DNA from: a virus
Direction: 5' to 3' (one strand)
Virus genome (UHGV): UHGV-0254580
DNA: 13,064 bases
Below, one piece after another: positions 12,939 to 13,064 of this stretch (the first letter of the stretch is position 1; every line of letters starts with the position of its first letter). A program made the translations under genes and the position numbers. The notes under the pieces are model-generated. The model saw nothing but the letters and a program-made list of their open reading frames with translations, made no database searches and was not told the origin of the DNA.

Positions 12939-13064
12939 ATGTCAAACATCAAAAAATACATCATTGATTACGACTGGAAAGCATCAATAGAAATTGAAAT
13001 CGACCATGACGTAATGACAGAGGAAAAACTTCACCAGATTAATAATTTCTGGTCAGACTCTGAA
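12939..13064 (+). CDS. ea10: Ea10-like protein, 5' partial (runs off the window end)
   Basis: ATG at 12939 preceded by GAGGA; open to the window end (MSNIKKYIIDYDWKASIEIEIDHDVMTEEKLHQINNFWSDSE...). The 182-bp spacing from the ral stop matches the recalled lambda ral-ea10 spacing. Confidence 0.6.
   Translation, partial: MSNIKKYIIDYDWKASIEIEIDHDVMTEEKLHQINNFWSDSE

Larger units (their letters stand above)
1..13064. mobile_element. Lambdoid prophage/phage genome segment (mosaic; lysis, Q/nin, replication, immunity and PL-arm modules)
   Basis: Contiguous syntenic phage modules: holin/endolysin/spanins, nin-region genes, O-like initiator with iterons, cII, cro, cI, nutL/nutR boxA/boxB, N, sieB, ral. 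No host housekeeping genes seen. Confidence 0.9.

Noticed and set aside
1-13064. CRISPR arrays, insertion sequences, integrase or attachment sites
   Set aside because: No spaced direct-repeat arrays, transposase-like ORFs or terminal inverted repeats seen; the integration module is not within this window.

Overview
This window is a mosaic lambdoid (phage lambda-like) prophage or phage segment, read in the opposite orientation to the conventional lambda map. Nearly all late and early-right genes are on the minus strand; cI, N, ral and ea10 are on the plus strand. From low to high coordinates: a probable terminase small-subunit start at the window edge, an HNH endonuclease, an AT-rich moron encoding a membrane-anchored 148-aa protein, the lysis cassette (Rz1/Rz-like spanins, endolysin R, holin S), two tRNA genes in the late leader, a Q-position protein, a nin region (NinH, RusA, YbcO-like, a zinc-ribbon ORF, NinE-like, NinB), a tR2-like terminator, a replication module (Toprim primase-helicase plus an O-like initiator with an internal iteron origin), cII, a cro-like gene, and an immunity region with an S24-peptidase-type cI repressor and TACCnnnnGGTA operators. 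The plus-strand arm beyond OL (nutL, N, sieB, orf28, ral, ea10 start) matches lambda gene order and spacing, whereas the immunity and replication modules are non-lambda. The best candidates for undescribed function are small accessory genes in classic prophage cargo positions: the membrane protein co-transcribed with cI in the rexAB position, the AT-rich moron between the spanins and the HNH gene, and a two-gene pair between the tR2-like terminator and ninB. All homology statements are from reading the translations and recalled knowledge of lambda and DLP12-type proteins; no database search was run. Self-derived coordinates (tRNAs, terminators, operators, small ORFs) may be off by 1-2 bp.
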